In this document: one piece after another, positions 19,151-28,585 of the stretch
Layout: every line of letters begins with the position of its first letter
How positions within the stretch are numbered: the stretch's first letter is position 1
Assembly (NCBI GenBank): GCA_963836955.1
Contig: CAWILO010000005.1
Coordinates: 207,466-271,465 of the forward strand
Direction: 5' to 3'
DNA: 64,000 bases
From: an uncultured delta proteobacterium
GTDB lineage: Bacteria > Desulfobacterota > Binatia > Binatales > Binataceae
The notes under the pieces: model-generated
Seen by the model: only the letters and a program-made list of their open reading frames with translations
Database searches by the model: none
Told to the model about the DNA's origin: nothing
Program-made: the position numbers and the translations under genes

Positions 19151-20428
19151 TCAGAAAATACTTAATAAACGTTTAGTTAGCGACGTGCTTTTTGCAATGT
19201 CGGAGGGCGCTAGCAGCGCGATCGACGCCACCGGCTTGCCGCCTTCCGTCACGTTTGCAGTGCCGATTTGCTGGCCTGCAGTGATCGGAGCTTTGATCGA
19301 TGGCGGCAGATTGTAATCAACCTTGATCGCGTTCTTCTTGTCACCGCGTTTGACGAACACGCCCGCGTCGCTGCCCCAGACCGGCTTGATACTGTCAGTG
19401 TCGGCGCCCGTCACCGCGACGGTTTGTGCGATCGGCGCGCCTTTCTTCGCGACCGGATGCATCTCGTAGTTCAGAAATCCTTGGGAAAGCATCTCCGACG
19501 CTTCCTTGAAATTTGTCAGCTTGTGCTGGCTTCCGAGCACGACCGCAATCAGCCTCAGGTCGCCGCGCTTGGCGGTCGCGACCACGTTGAATCCCGCCTT
19601 GTCGTAGAAGCCGGTCTTGAGGCCGTCGCATCCTGGATACGTCCGGACCATGTGATTGGTGTTGCGCAGCGTGAACGTCCCGGCGCGAAACGGCGCCGTG
19701 TCGATCGACGACCATCGGATCACGTCGGGATATTTGAGCAGCTCGCGCGCGAGAATCGCCTGGTCGTATGCGCTGGCGACGTCGGCCGACTCGCCCTTAC
19801 CGGGTGGCAGACCGTTCACCGAGTAGTAGTGCGAGTCCTTCATTCCGAGCGCGGCGGCCTTCTGATTCATCATCACGACAAATGCTTCAGTCGAGCCCGC
19901 GATATACTCGGCGACCGCCACCGACGCGTCGTTGGCCGAGTGGACGACGACCGCCTTCATCATGCCGTCCAGTGAAAACGTCTCACCTTCCTTGAGGTAG
20001 ACTTGCGAGCCGCCCATCTCGGCTGCTTTGCGCGAGGTGGTTATCTGGTCGGTAAGCTTGAGCGAGCCGTCGTGGATTTTTTCCGCGACAATCAGCATCA
20101 GCATCATCTTCGCCAGCGAGGCGGTCGGCCACGGCGTGTGATCGTTGGCCTCGAAGATGACGGTGCCGGTCGTGGGTTCGACTACGCACGCCTCGGAATA
20201 GGGACCCAGGCCGGTATTCGACGCGTTCACGGCGCTTTCCTCTTCAGAGGCCGCCGCGGGCTTGGCCGCCGCATGATGACGGCGTGCGGCGAGGGCAGGG
20301 TGCGACGACATCAGCGCGGCGAGAGCGATCGTCAGAACGATAAATCCGAATTTTCGGCTAACAGAAATTCCGGCGACCGATTCGCCGGATCGCGAAAGAA
20401 CCTTCATCAAGGACCACCTCCACAGCAT
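19151..20428 (-). CDS. dacC: D-alanyl-D-alanine carboxypeptidase (low-MW PBP, PBP5/DacC family)
   Basis: SxxK (SLAKMM), SxN (SAND) and KTG motifs. Signal peptide and C-terminal PBP5_C-like domain present. Confidence 0.8.
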   Translation of the reverse strand: MLWRWSLMKVLSRSGESVAGISVSRKFGFIVLTIALAALMSSHPALAARRHHAAAKPAAASEEESAVNASNTGLGPYSEACVVEPTTGTVIFEANDHTPWPTASLAKMMLMLIVAEKIHDGSLKLTDQITTSRKAAEMGGSQVYLKEGETFSLDGMMKAVVVHSANDASVAVAEYIAGSTEAFVVMMNQKAAALGMKDSHYYSVNGLPPGKGESADVASAYDQAILARELLKYPDVIRWSSIDTAPFRAGTFTLRNTNHMVRTYPGCDGLKTGFYDKAGFNVVATAKRGDLRLIAVVLGSQHKLTNFKEASEMLSQGFLNYEMHPVAKKGAPIAQTVAVTGADTDSIKPVWGSDAGVFVKRGDKKNAIKVDYNLPPSIKAPITAGQQIGTANVTEGGKPVASIALLAPSDIAKSTSLTKRLLSIF

Positions 20429-20488
20429 CGACCCAACGAACCCATACTAGCCGACGACTCGCGTCGCGGCGAGCATCCAAGGCGACGG

Positions 20489-21556
20489 TCAGAAGCGGTC
20501 GGCCGTCCAGTACACCGATCGCGAATCGGCGAAGAGGTCGAGTGCGTGCGTCGAGGCGGCTTCTGGAACCATCGCGAACCGGCGCGCCAGTTTGTCGGGC
20601 GCGAGGACTCGCCACATGTAGTTGTTGTCGACGTGATGCACGACGGGGCATCCAACGTCGCCCAATGCCTTTTCGAGCGCGGGATCGTGCGCAGTATGCG
20701 TGACCAGAATGGAGGGCTCGTCTGGCTTCGTCGCGCTGTGTAGCAAGGCCGCCCGCTTGTGATCGCCGACGCGCTGGACCGTGACAGAGACGCCAGAAGC
20801 TGATTGGCCGAGGTACTTAAACGTCGCGAGCATCGCGTCAATAGCGCGGGTGACGTAGCCGTACTCCATCACCATCGAGCCGCCGTGGAAACGCGTGACT
20901 CGTGCGTACGCCGCGATTCGTGCGCCGTCGCGACACACGACGAAATACTCCTCGGAGCCTTCGCCGGGATGGAGCGGTTGATTGCCCGCAAACTTGAGAT
21001 TCGCGCGCCACGCTGCGTTATCGCGGACGGCGGTGACATTGAAGCGTCTGCTGTAGCTGAGATGAATCGCGGCGACTTCGGCAAGGTCGCGCTCAGTCTC
21101 GAAACTGTCGATCACAAAACGATCCGGTACCTTCAGCGAAGCCGCAGCCTCCAGGATGCTGAATTTGCGCCCGATCTCACGCCATCCGAACTGGTTGTAG
21201 AAAGTGAGCCGCTCCGCGAACAGCAGCGACACCTCGAATCCCTCGCGCACCATCGTATCGACCGCCAGGCGCATCAGCGCCGACGCAACGCCCTTGTGCC
21301 GATATTCCTCGAGCGTGAAAACGGATCCAATGCCACCCATCGGAACCGATTGTCCACCGAGATTAACGGCGCGATCGAAAATCTGAACAGTCGAGACCAG
21401 GCCTCCCCCGTCGCGCGCAACAAGGCACAATGGATCGCGAAACCCGGGATCGTTGTGGTTGTAGCGCGCAAAAAACTCGCCGCCATCGTTGTACCAATGC
21501 CCAAGCAACTCGAGCACCTCGTCCCGCTCACTATGATGCGCAGCCCGAACTTCCAT
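20489..21556 (-). CDS. GNAT family N-acetyltransferase (Eis-like, with C-terminal extension)
   Basis: GNAT core (RHKGVASALMRLAV) followed by a second domain of about 200 aa. Confidence 0.6.
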   Translation of the reverse strand: MEVRAAHHSERDEVLELLGHWYNDGGEFFARYNHNDPGFRDPLCLVARDGGGLVSTVQIFDRAVNLGGQSVPMGGIGSVFTLEEYRHKGVASALMRLAVDTMVREGFEVSLLFAERLTFYNQFGWREIGRKFSILEAAASLKVPDRFVIDSFETERDLAEVAAIHLSYSRRFNVTAVRDNAAWRANLKFAGNQPLHPGEGSEEYFVVCRDGARIAAYARVTRFHGGSMVMEYGYVTRAIDAMLATFKYLGQSASGVSVTVQRVGDHKRAALLHSATKPDEPSILVTHTAHDPALEKALGDVGCPVVHHVDNNYMWRVLAPDKLARRFAMVPEAASTHALDLFADSRSVYWTADRF

Positions 21557-21591
21557 AATTCAGATTTTGTAACTCACTTAAGCGAGCACGG

Positions 21592-22668
21592 CTACAGCAC
21601 TTTCGCTCGCAGCTGCGGGAACACCTTCGATACTTTGCCTAGTAGATAGTCGCCGTAGGTTCCGCTAACTGTTGCGAGGTCGGTGCCGTCCCATCGACGG
21701 GCATCTCGTCGCTTGCTGGTGGCCGTAGGGTCTGGCGTGAGCACTGTGATCGGTTCCAGTACTGCGTCGAAGCTTGGGTCCAGGAATAGCGGCATCGAGA
21801 TGCGATCCTGCGTCGAGACATTTCGCACGCGATGCAGTGCCGACACGTACCGCCCGGCCGTCAACCGCTCGAGCATGTCGCCGACATTGCAGACGAAGGA
21901 GTCGGGCTCGGGAGGCGCCGGCAGCCATCGGTCTCGATGCCACACTTCGAGGCCTCCGACCTCGTCCTGCCGCAACAGGGTCAGCAGTCCGTAGTCGGTG
22001 TGCTCGCCGACGCCAAGTTCGTTTTCATCTGCACTGGCGGCACAAGGCGGATAGTTGAAGATGCGAAAGAGGACAGTCGGGTCGCGAGTGTAGCGCTCGA
22101 GGAAGTACTCCGGCGCCAGCCCGAGTCCGACGGCAATTCCACGCAACAGTAGTTGGCCGACCGCGGTGACTTGATCCATGTAAGCGAGCAGCCCGTCGCT
22201 GAATCCGGGCAGCTCCGGATAGAGGTTCATCCCGTGCAGCGGCAGACCGGCGCGAACGCGTGCGTCGTCGAGGCCCAGCTCAGTACCGAAGTAGATTCCT
22301 TCCTTGCGATCGGGCCGGCCCGACGTAAGCTCACCGTCCACCCGGAAGTACCCGCGCCACGCACGTCCACCGTGCGCCATCGCGATCGCCATCTTCTGTT
22401 CCAGTGGGAGCGCGAAAAACTTGCGCGCGAGCCTCATCAGTTGCGCCGACAACGCAGGCTCGACTCCATGACCCGTCACGTAGAAAAAGCCAAACTCACA
22501 GCATGCGCGGTCGAGCGCTGCAGCGACGCGAGCCATGTCTCGAGAGCTGTCGCTAAGCGACGCGATATCGATAATCGGGAGCCTTTCAGTCGAGCTCGTC
22601 AACGATCTCCTCAATCGTTCCTTATCAGACCGGTTATGCCCGCGACGAAGATTGCGCTCAGCAGCCAT
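21592..22668 (-). CDS. 2-oxoglutarate/Fe(II)-dependent dioxygenase (isopenicillin-N-synthase-like)
   Basis: N-terminal LPIIDIASL motif and HxD..H iron triad region (GEHTDYGLLTLL..ALHRV). Start trimmed to MAAERN at 22668; the upstream part of the ORF is overlap with the neighbouring gene. Confidence 0.75.
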   Translation of the reverse strand: MAAERNLRRGHNRSDKERLRRSLTSSTERLPIIDIASLSDSSRDMARVAAALDRACCEFGFFYVTGHGVEPALSAQLMRLARKFFALPLEQKMAIAMAHGGRAWRGYFRVDGELTSGRPDRKEGIYFGTELGLDDARVRAGLPLHGMNLYPELPGFSDGLLAYMDQVTAVGQLLLRGIAVGLGLAPEYFLERYTRDPTVLFRIFNYPPCAASADENELGVGEHTDYGLLTLLRQDEVGGLEVWHRDRWLPAPPEPDSFVCNVGDMLERLTAGRYVSALHRVRNVSTQDRISMPLFLDPSFDAVLEPITVLTPDPTATSKRRDARRWDGTDLATVSGTYGDYLLGKVSKVFPQLRAKVL

Positions 22669-24516
22669 CCTGCGATGATCTGCATCCAAAGATAGGTTCG
22701 CAGCGCTGAACCTCGAATTGTAATCTTGCGTCCCGCGATCTCGCACTCGCCCTGCGATGCTTCGTCGGGCCACCAATAATGCTCCTGATGAAGATCGACG
22801 AACGGCAGAAACACGTGAGCGAATACAGCAGGGGATGAAGCCCGGTGACATGGTCGTCGGACGGCGGCGGCAAATTCTCCGGCCACGTCAGACGCATCAC
22901 GCCCGCCCGCTTTCCCATCAGCACGACAGCCCAGCCGACGAGAACAACCAATATTGACCAGTTGAACGCCAACAGCGGCCGATGCCCGTAGCCGATGGTC
23001 GCCTTTAGAAAGTCGCCCGACAGGCGTCCCAGCAGACCCTTCCTCTGGTAACGATCATCTTCCTCTGCGACGAGCACCGTCGCCGCGGCCGCATCCTCGC
23101 CGGTCCCGGCATAGTACTTCGCCAGCTCGTGGTAAGGTTGCGAACAAAATCCCGGGGGCTGAAGCGACAACCATCGAAGCCGGCTGTCAACTGAATTACG
23201 ATCGCCCACCGCGTCTCGTGCACGTCATCCGCAAGATTAGCGGTTCCGGATTCGAGACCGTTGTAAGTGAACCCGTCTATGATCAACTTTCCCGGCGCGG
23301 GCCAGCTCTTCTCGTCGTCCAGCAGCGACTCGACCGACGCGTCGCCAAGATCGAGTCGAGCGCCATTCTCCAGAGTGACGTTGTGCCAGGTAAATGCGCG
23401 CGCGACTGACATGCTCGTCCCGACAAAGCCGTGATCCTCGCCGGGCGCGCCTAAGAATTTTGCGTGGTCAACGATGAAGTTGCTGGCGAAGCGGTCGAAT
23501 GAGAAATTCGCGAGCCCCGTTACCTCGACCTCTCCATCCGTTCCCCAGCCCGCCAGGTAAACGACGCCCTCGACGCTCGCTCCCGGCAGCGCAATCGCGA
23601 CATTGTTTGGATTGATGAAGTGCCCGGAATCGAAGTGCAGATTGCCGCCAATCCTGGCGCCTCCGAGATCCACTGCGCCGTACGACACGAACCCCCGGTT
23701 CAGCCAGACGTTGCCTCCGACCTGGATCAGGTACGCAAACAAAGTTACACGGAGTCGATTGGGGAAAGGATCACCGGGACTTTTCGAATAGCGGAGAATC
23801 GCGCCTCCGAAGTCGAGATCGAGGCCGATCTTCGCGTGATCGAGCACAACCGCACCGACCGCATGAAATCCTTTGCCCAGGGTCAGATTGTCGCGAACGT
23901 TCAGGCCGCTGGCGTGCAGCCCCACCATATAGCTCCCGTCGAGTTCGAGCTCGGGAACTTCGGCGCCGCCGAGATTGATGATCTGTGCGAACACGCAGTT
24001 GCGCAGCACTATTGGAAACGGGACGTTGACGAGAGACAGATCGAAGCCGCCAACGATACGCCCTCCGACGACCCGGATACCCTTGGGATCGACCAGGCTC
24101 GCCGCCTCACGATCAACGCAAATCCATCGGATGAGCGAGGCGCGGATTTCGCGCGACGCGGGCCATTGCTCGGCATGGGCGGGGTCATTGGAGGGATCGG
24201 CGGGACTCGAGCTGGTTCCAGACGCCGCGAACTCACCGCGCTCTACATTGTCGATATCGCTGAACCAGAGCATCGCACGCTCGGCATCACTGAGATTCGA
24301 AAATCTCCGGGACGCCAGCGCGACAAGCCGGCTCGTGGCCGCCGGCGGCGGATGCGACGCGGCCTGGCAGATGTCACCGCCAATGATCATGCCGGCGAAG
24401 ATCGCGCACGAGAGCAATACCACTTCGCGCGTTCTCGACACCAAGCCGATGCTGCGCGCGCTGAATCTCGCGTTCATTCGAGACGCTTCAGAAAGTCGCG
24501 CAGCACGCGATCCCAC
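22658..24516 (-). pseudogene. membrane-anchored beta-helix repeat protein ('membrane-associated oxidoreductase'-like), frameshifted near 23180-23209
   Basis: The 503-aa ORF (23005..24516: signal/TM plus GG-x-L/N-type beta-helical repeats) and the 183-aa ORF (22658..23209: conserved LRWLS..PGF..PY..GYGHRP plus TM tail) are adjacent frames of one gene family. Confidence 0.45.
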
Positions 24517-25517
24517 TTATTCCAGTCGGCGCCGCTTGCGAGATGACCCTTGTCGCTGTCGATCTCGAAGTAGGTCGCATCGACGCCCGCGGCCTTGAGT
24601 TTCGACATCACGTCGGGCGCGATGCTCGGCGGGAACAGCTTGTCGGTACGCGACAGCACGTAGAGCACTCTCGCCCGGATCTTGGCGAAGTCCTTCTCGG
24701 CGTTGTAGTGCTAGCGCGCCCGAGCCAACGCAATCATCGAATTGGGATCGAAGACCCTCGCCCACGGTTCTGCGAGCTGATGGATCGCAGCCTCGCGCTG
24801 CGCCGGATCGGGAAACCTCGGAGCGAGCTCAGCCTCGATACCGTAGCGCTTGAGCGTCGCGACGCGCAGCTCGGTCATGAAGCCGAGCATCTCCGCGTTT
24901 CCATAATGGTGGCCGCCGTTCCATCCTGGAGCCTCGGCAAACCGCGCCCGCAGATCGGCCACCATGCGGCCGCCGTCGGTTGCGTTGGGCGCCGTGACGA
25001 CCGGGACGATCCCGCTCATCGCATCGGGGAACGTGACGCCCCATTGAAACGCCTGGTAGCCGCCGAATGACAGGCCTGCGACTGCCACCAGGTGCTTGAC
25101 GCCGAGCGCGTCGAGCAGCGCGCGCTGAGCGCTAACGATATCGACGAGGGTGTAGTCGGGAAAATCGGGACCGTACGGCTTGCCGGTTTTCGGATTGATG
25201 CTCGCGGGCGCGGTCGAATCGTACGACGATCCGAGCATGTTCGATGACACGACGAAGCATTTGTTGGTGTCGATCGCCTTGCCCGGCCCAATCAGCCCGT
25301 CCCACCATCCGACCTCACCATTCGCATCGAGTCCCGCGGCGTGCTGGCTCGACGTGTAACCATGCGTCACGAGGATCGCGTTGCGTCCGTTTGGCGCGAG
25401 AGTTCCATAAGTCTCGTACGCGAGCTTGAGTTCGGGCAGGACCTCGCCGCTTTGAAGTCTGAAGTTCCTGGTCGAGAAAGTTTTTACTTCGACTACGCCG
25501 AGGGTTTCAATTGCCAT
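24474..25517 (-). pseudogene. metX: homoserine O-acetyltransferase-like alpha/beta hydrolase (MetX family) interrupted by an in-frame TAG at 24711-24713
   Basis: N-terminal part has the nucleophile elbow GLSFGG. The C-terminal 78 aa (..VLYVLSRTDKLFPP..) continue in the same frame straight after the amber codon. Total length about 371 aa matches MetX. Confidence 0.55.
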
Positions 25518-26154
25518 CGTCTTTTCCGCTTTCAGGCGTGCGGCGGAAGGTCCAGAATCTGACTCCGCTGGTCCCGGCTTCCTCGCCATTCACGATCGTG
25601 TCGAAGCCCTGTTTACGATAGAACGCAACGTTGCGCTCGTTTTCGGTCTCGAGGTAGCAGGCGACCTGTTCGGCATCGGCGCGCTCGAGCCCCGGGCGCA
25701 TCAACTCGCCACCGAGTCCGCGACGCTGACGACTCGGCTCGACGCCGAGCAGGAACAGGTACCAGCAAGCGCCCGTCATGTCTCGCTCGCGCGCCTGCCA
25801 TTCGCGTCCAACCACTTCTCGATAGCGCTGATATGCGTCGTTGCCGATGACGTTCGCCATCTGATGCATCCCCGACGCCTCTATATTCTCGCGCGTCCAC
25901 TTCGCATTGGGCGGCAGCCAGAGCGCCACGCCCTCGACGTCTGCGGTCGCATAAACTTCGCCCGCGAGAGTTCCGAAGCGGATCATCCTCGCATACACGT
26001 CAGGCAGCAGCCGGACGCGTTCTGCGGGATCGGAAATAGCGTAGAACATGAGCGGATCGTCGTGAAACGCCCGCGCGAGCGTCGTCGCGGCCGCGGGAAT
26101 TTGATGCTCGGTGAGCCTTACGATTTTCGCACTCACGAGTGCATCGTCGCACAC
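25507..26154 (-). CDS. GNAT family N-acetyltransferase
   Basis: 215 aa with acetyl-CoA-binding motif (RRGLGGELM) and GNAT C-terminal motif (FYRKQGF). Confidence 0.7.
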   Translation of the reverse strand: MCDDALVSAKIVRLTEHQIPAAATTLARAFHDDPLMFYAISDPAERVRLLPDVYARMIRFGTLAGEVYATADVEGVALWLPPNAKWTRENIEASGMHQMANVIGNDAYQRYREVVGREWQARERDMTGACWYLFLLGVEPSRQRRGLGGELMRPGLERADAEQVACYLETENERNVAFYRKQGFDTIVNGEEAGTSGVRFWTFRRTPESGKDDGN

Positions 26155-26215
26155 CTTGCAGCCGAAAGCACAGGACGTCCAAATTGCCGGGAGCGAGCGT
26201 CGGGATGTTCGCAGC

Positions 26216-27190
26216 TTAGCGGAGATCGAGATGGACTGAGGTTGGCGTGCCGCCGCGATTGATCGTGAGATCGATCGCCGACGCGGTCCTGATAGATTGC
26301 ATCAGGCCCAGCGCCTGCATCGGATTGGTGACGGGCTGTCCGTCGATCTTCGTCAGCAAGTCGCCGTCCTGCAGACCGAGCTGATCGAAGACCGAGCCCG
26401 GCGCGACCTGGGAGATCGAGAATCCATCCGTCTTGCCGTCGACGAAGTGGGGCAGGGCGCGCATCTGCGTGAAGAACGCCGCGGGATTCTGCATCGTCTG
26501 CGCGACTTCAGCGCGGTTGGCGACGAATTTTCCTGGACCTAACTTCTTCAGCTCGAGTTTGCTGTCGTCGCTATTGTCGTTGCTGTCGTCGTTGTTGTCG
26601 TTGCTGTCGTCGTCATCGTTGCCCGCCGCGGGATGACCATGCATTCTGCGCCGGATGGCCGCCGGAATTCCTCTGAGCATCGGCGCTCTCACCGCGCCGC
26701 CCAGCTCGGAAGGCGGTACTTCGGGCAGATCCGAAGTCGGAATGTCGATGGCGACGCGATGCCCGCTGCGGTCGATAATCGCGCGGTTGACTTCGACGGC
26801 TACCAGCCGGCCCGCATTCGGAATGTCTTCTCCGACCTGGTACAGCGATTCGTTGCCGGTGTCGTCCTCGATAATCGCATACGGCTTCGATTTGCTCTGG
26901 AGCGAAGTGCCGATCAGCTTCAGGTGCAAGTCCTCGACCACCACCGGCGCGGGCCCGGTCTCCTGCGGCACCGCGTTGAAGATGTCGCGCTTGACGATTC
27001 CGTCGTAGTACGTGCGCGTCCGCGTGCCGGCCGCGGTCCTCGCGGTGGAAGCAGCCACGGGCGCGTCGGGTTCATTGGCAACGGTGCGCTCGATCACGTC
27101 GCGCACGCACATCGCCGAGACGACCGCCAACGCGCCGACCAGCGCGAAGTTCAGAATCGTGACGTGAACTTGTGAGAACCTGAGTTCCAT
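26216..27190 (-). CDS. GspC-like protein: N-terminal TM, acidic low-complexity linker, C-terminal PDZ domain
   Basis: N-terminal TM helix (ILNFALVGALAVV). D/N/S-rich run GNDDDDSNDNNDDSNDNSDDS. C-terminal PDZ-like region (GSVFDQLGLQDGDLLTKIDGQPV). No other T2SS genes nearby. Confidence 0.5.
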   Translation of the reverse strand: MELRFSQVHVTILNFALVGALAVVSAMCVRDVIERTVANEPDAPVAASTARTAAGTRTRTYYDGIVKRDIFNAVPQETGPAPVVVEDLHLKLIGTSLQSKSKPYAIIEDDTGNESLYQVGEDIPNAGRLVAVEVNRAIIDRSGHRVAIDIPTSDLPEVPPSELGGAVRAPMLRGIPAAIRRRMHGHPAAGNDDDDSNDNNDDSNDNSDDSKLELKKLGPGKFVANRAEVAQTMQNPAAFFTQMRALPHFVDGKTDGFSISQVAPGSVFDQLGLQDGDLLTKIDGQPVTNPMQALGLMQSIRTASAIDLTINRGGTPTSVHLDLR

Positions 27191-27267
27191 CTGGCTCGAC
27201 TACACTCGTTCGTCGCAAGATATCAGATCGTCGCGGTGACCGGAAAGCGTCGCATGTTCCGGCCCCA

Positions 27268-28371
27268 CTAATGGGTCGTTACCACGGAAATCGGCAAACT
27301 GCCCGGGTTCGGCGGAGTCTCGGTGTTTACCTCGCCGATCGGTGCGAGCGCTCCGGTCGTGGCATCGATCGAAAATTCTCCGACCGTGCCATTGCCGAAA
27401 TTTGCCACGTACGCATATTTGCCGGTCGGCTCTACCGTGATGCTGATTGGGTCCGAAATCGGGCTGACTTCTGCTGGACTGCTCGTGACCTGCGAAGTCA
27501 GCGTCACTGTGCAAGCGGGTGCGTCCAGACTCTTTGTGAATACCGAGAGCGAGTTCGACTTTGGGTTCGCCGTATAGACGAATTACCCGTTCGGATGCAC
27601 CGCGATTCCGAACGGCAGGCCTTTCGCCGACACGTTGCCGACGTAGGAGAGCAAACCGGTCGCGGTCATTATCTGGAACTCATGAAGCGCGCCGAATGCG
27701 TCATCGGTAACGTACGCACAGGTCGGCGATTCCGCATTGGCAGGCGGTACCGTAGCGATGAGCTCGGGCTGCGGGCTGTCGGCGAGCGGGAGAAAAATTG
27801 TTCCGTTGGGCAACAGAGTACCGCTGGGCTGCACCAGATACTGCGACACGCTCTCATCGAAGAGGTTCACGATGTATGCATAACGTCCGGTCGACTCGAC
27901 CGCCACGCCAAACGGGATCTGGCCCGTATGCGCGGTGCCAATCGGGGTCAGCGCTCCGGTTTTCAGGTTTATCGAATATTCCGAGACCAGCGCATCGGTC
28001 CCGCCCGAGTTGGTTGCATACAGGAATCCGCCATTCGGCGTTATCGCCACGGCCCGCGGTCCATTGACTGCTGGCGCGATGCTGTTCCGGGCAAAAATCA
28101 GTCCTGAGAAACCTCCATCGCCAATATCGAAACCGCGCACGTCGTCATTCTCGTCGGCTGCGTAGATGAATTCGTTGGTCGGATGCACTGCCATCAACCA
28201 GAGGTCCTCCGGAAAGGGCACCATGGAATTGAATGTCCCGACGCTGGTCAGCGCCCCAGTCGCCGTGTTGACTGAATACTCTGAAATCAAGCCATCGCCG
28301 TCGTTCGAAACGTAAAGGAATTCGCCGGTCAGCGGCGGCAAACCGTTGGTAGGCCGCATCCAACGGACCAC
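27268..28371 (-). pseudogene. 7-bladed beta-propeller lactonase-family protein interrupted by an in-frame TAA at 27583-27585
   Basis: Six blade repeats in 27586..28371 (..LYVSNDGDGLISEY.., ..YATNSGG..VSEY..). After the stop the same frame continues with the seventh blade (FVYTANPKSNSLSVF..YAYVANFGNGTVGEF). Confidence 0.55.
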
Positions 28372-28585
28372 AGAGTAGCGATCAGGATTGCGGATAGATT
28401 AGCGACAACGGATCTCTTCGCTCGCCTCATGAACGGTTCCTCCTCCGCTCGTACAAGGAATACGAATCGAATCCAGTCAGTCAGAGCATAACATCGCGCT
28501 GAGTTATGCCTAGGCGGGCGGAATTCAAGCCATGTTGTATGGCTGGAGAGTACTGTTGCTGATTAGGTGAGTCGTCGCGTTGACT

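Noticed and set aside
27200-27514. 104-aa minus-strand ORF overlapping the lactonase C-terminus
   Set aside because: It is an alternate frame of the seventh propeller blade. It is His/Arg-rich nonsense with no features.
24711-27585. Possibility that in-frame TAG/TAA indicate stop-codon reassignment
   Set aside because: There are only two internal stops, and many genes in the window terminate normally with TAA/TAG at positions matching ortholog length. This is consistent with point lesions, not a recoded genome.
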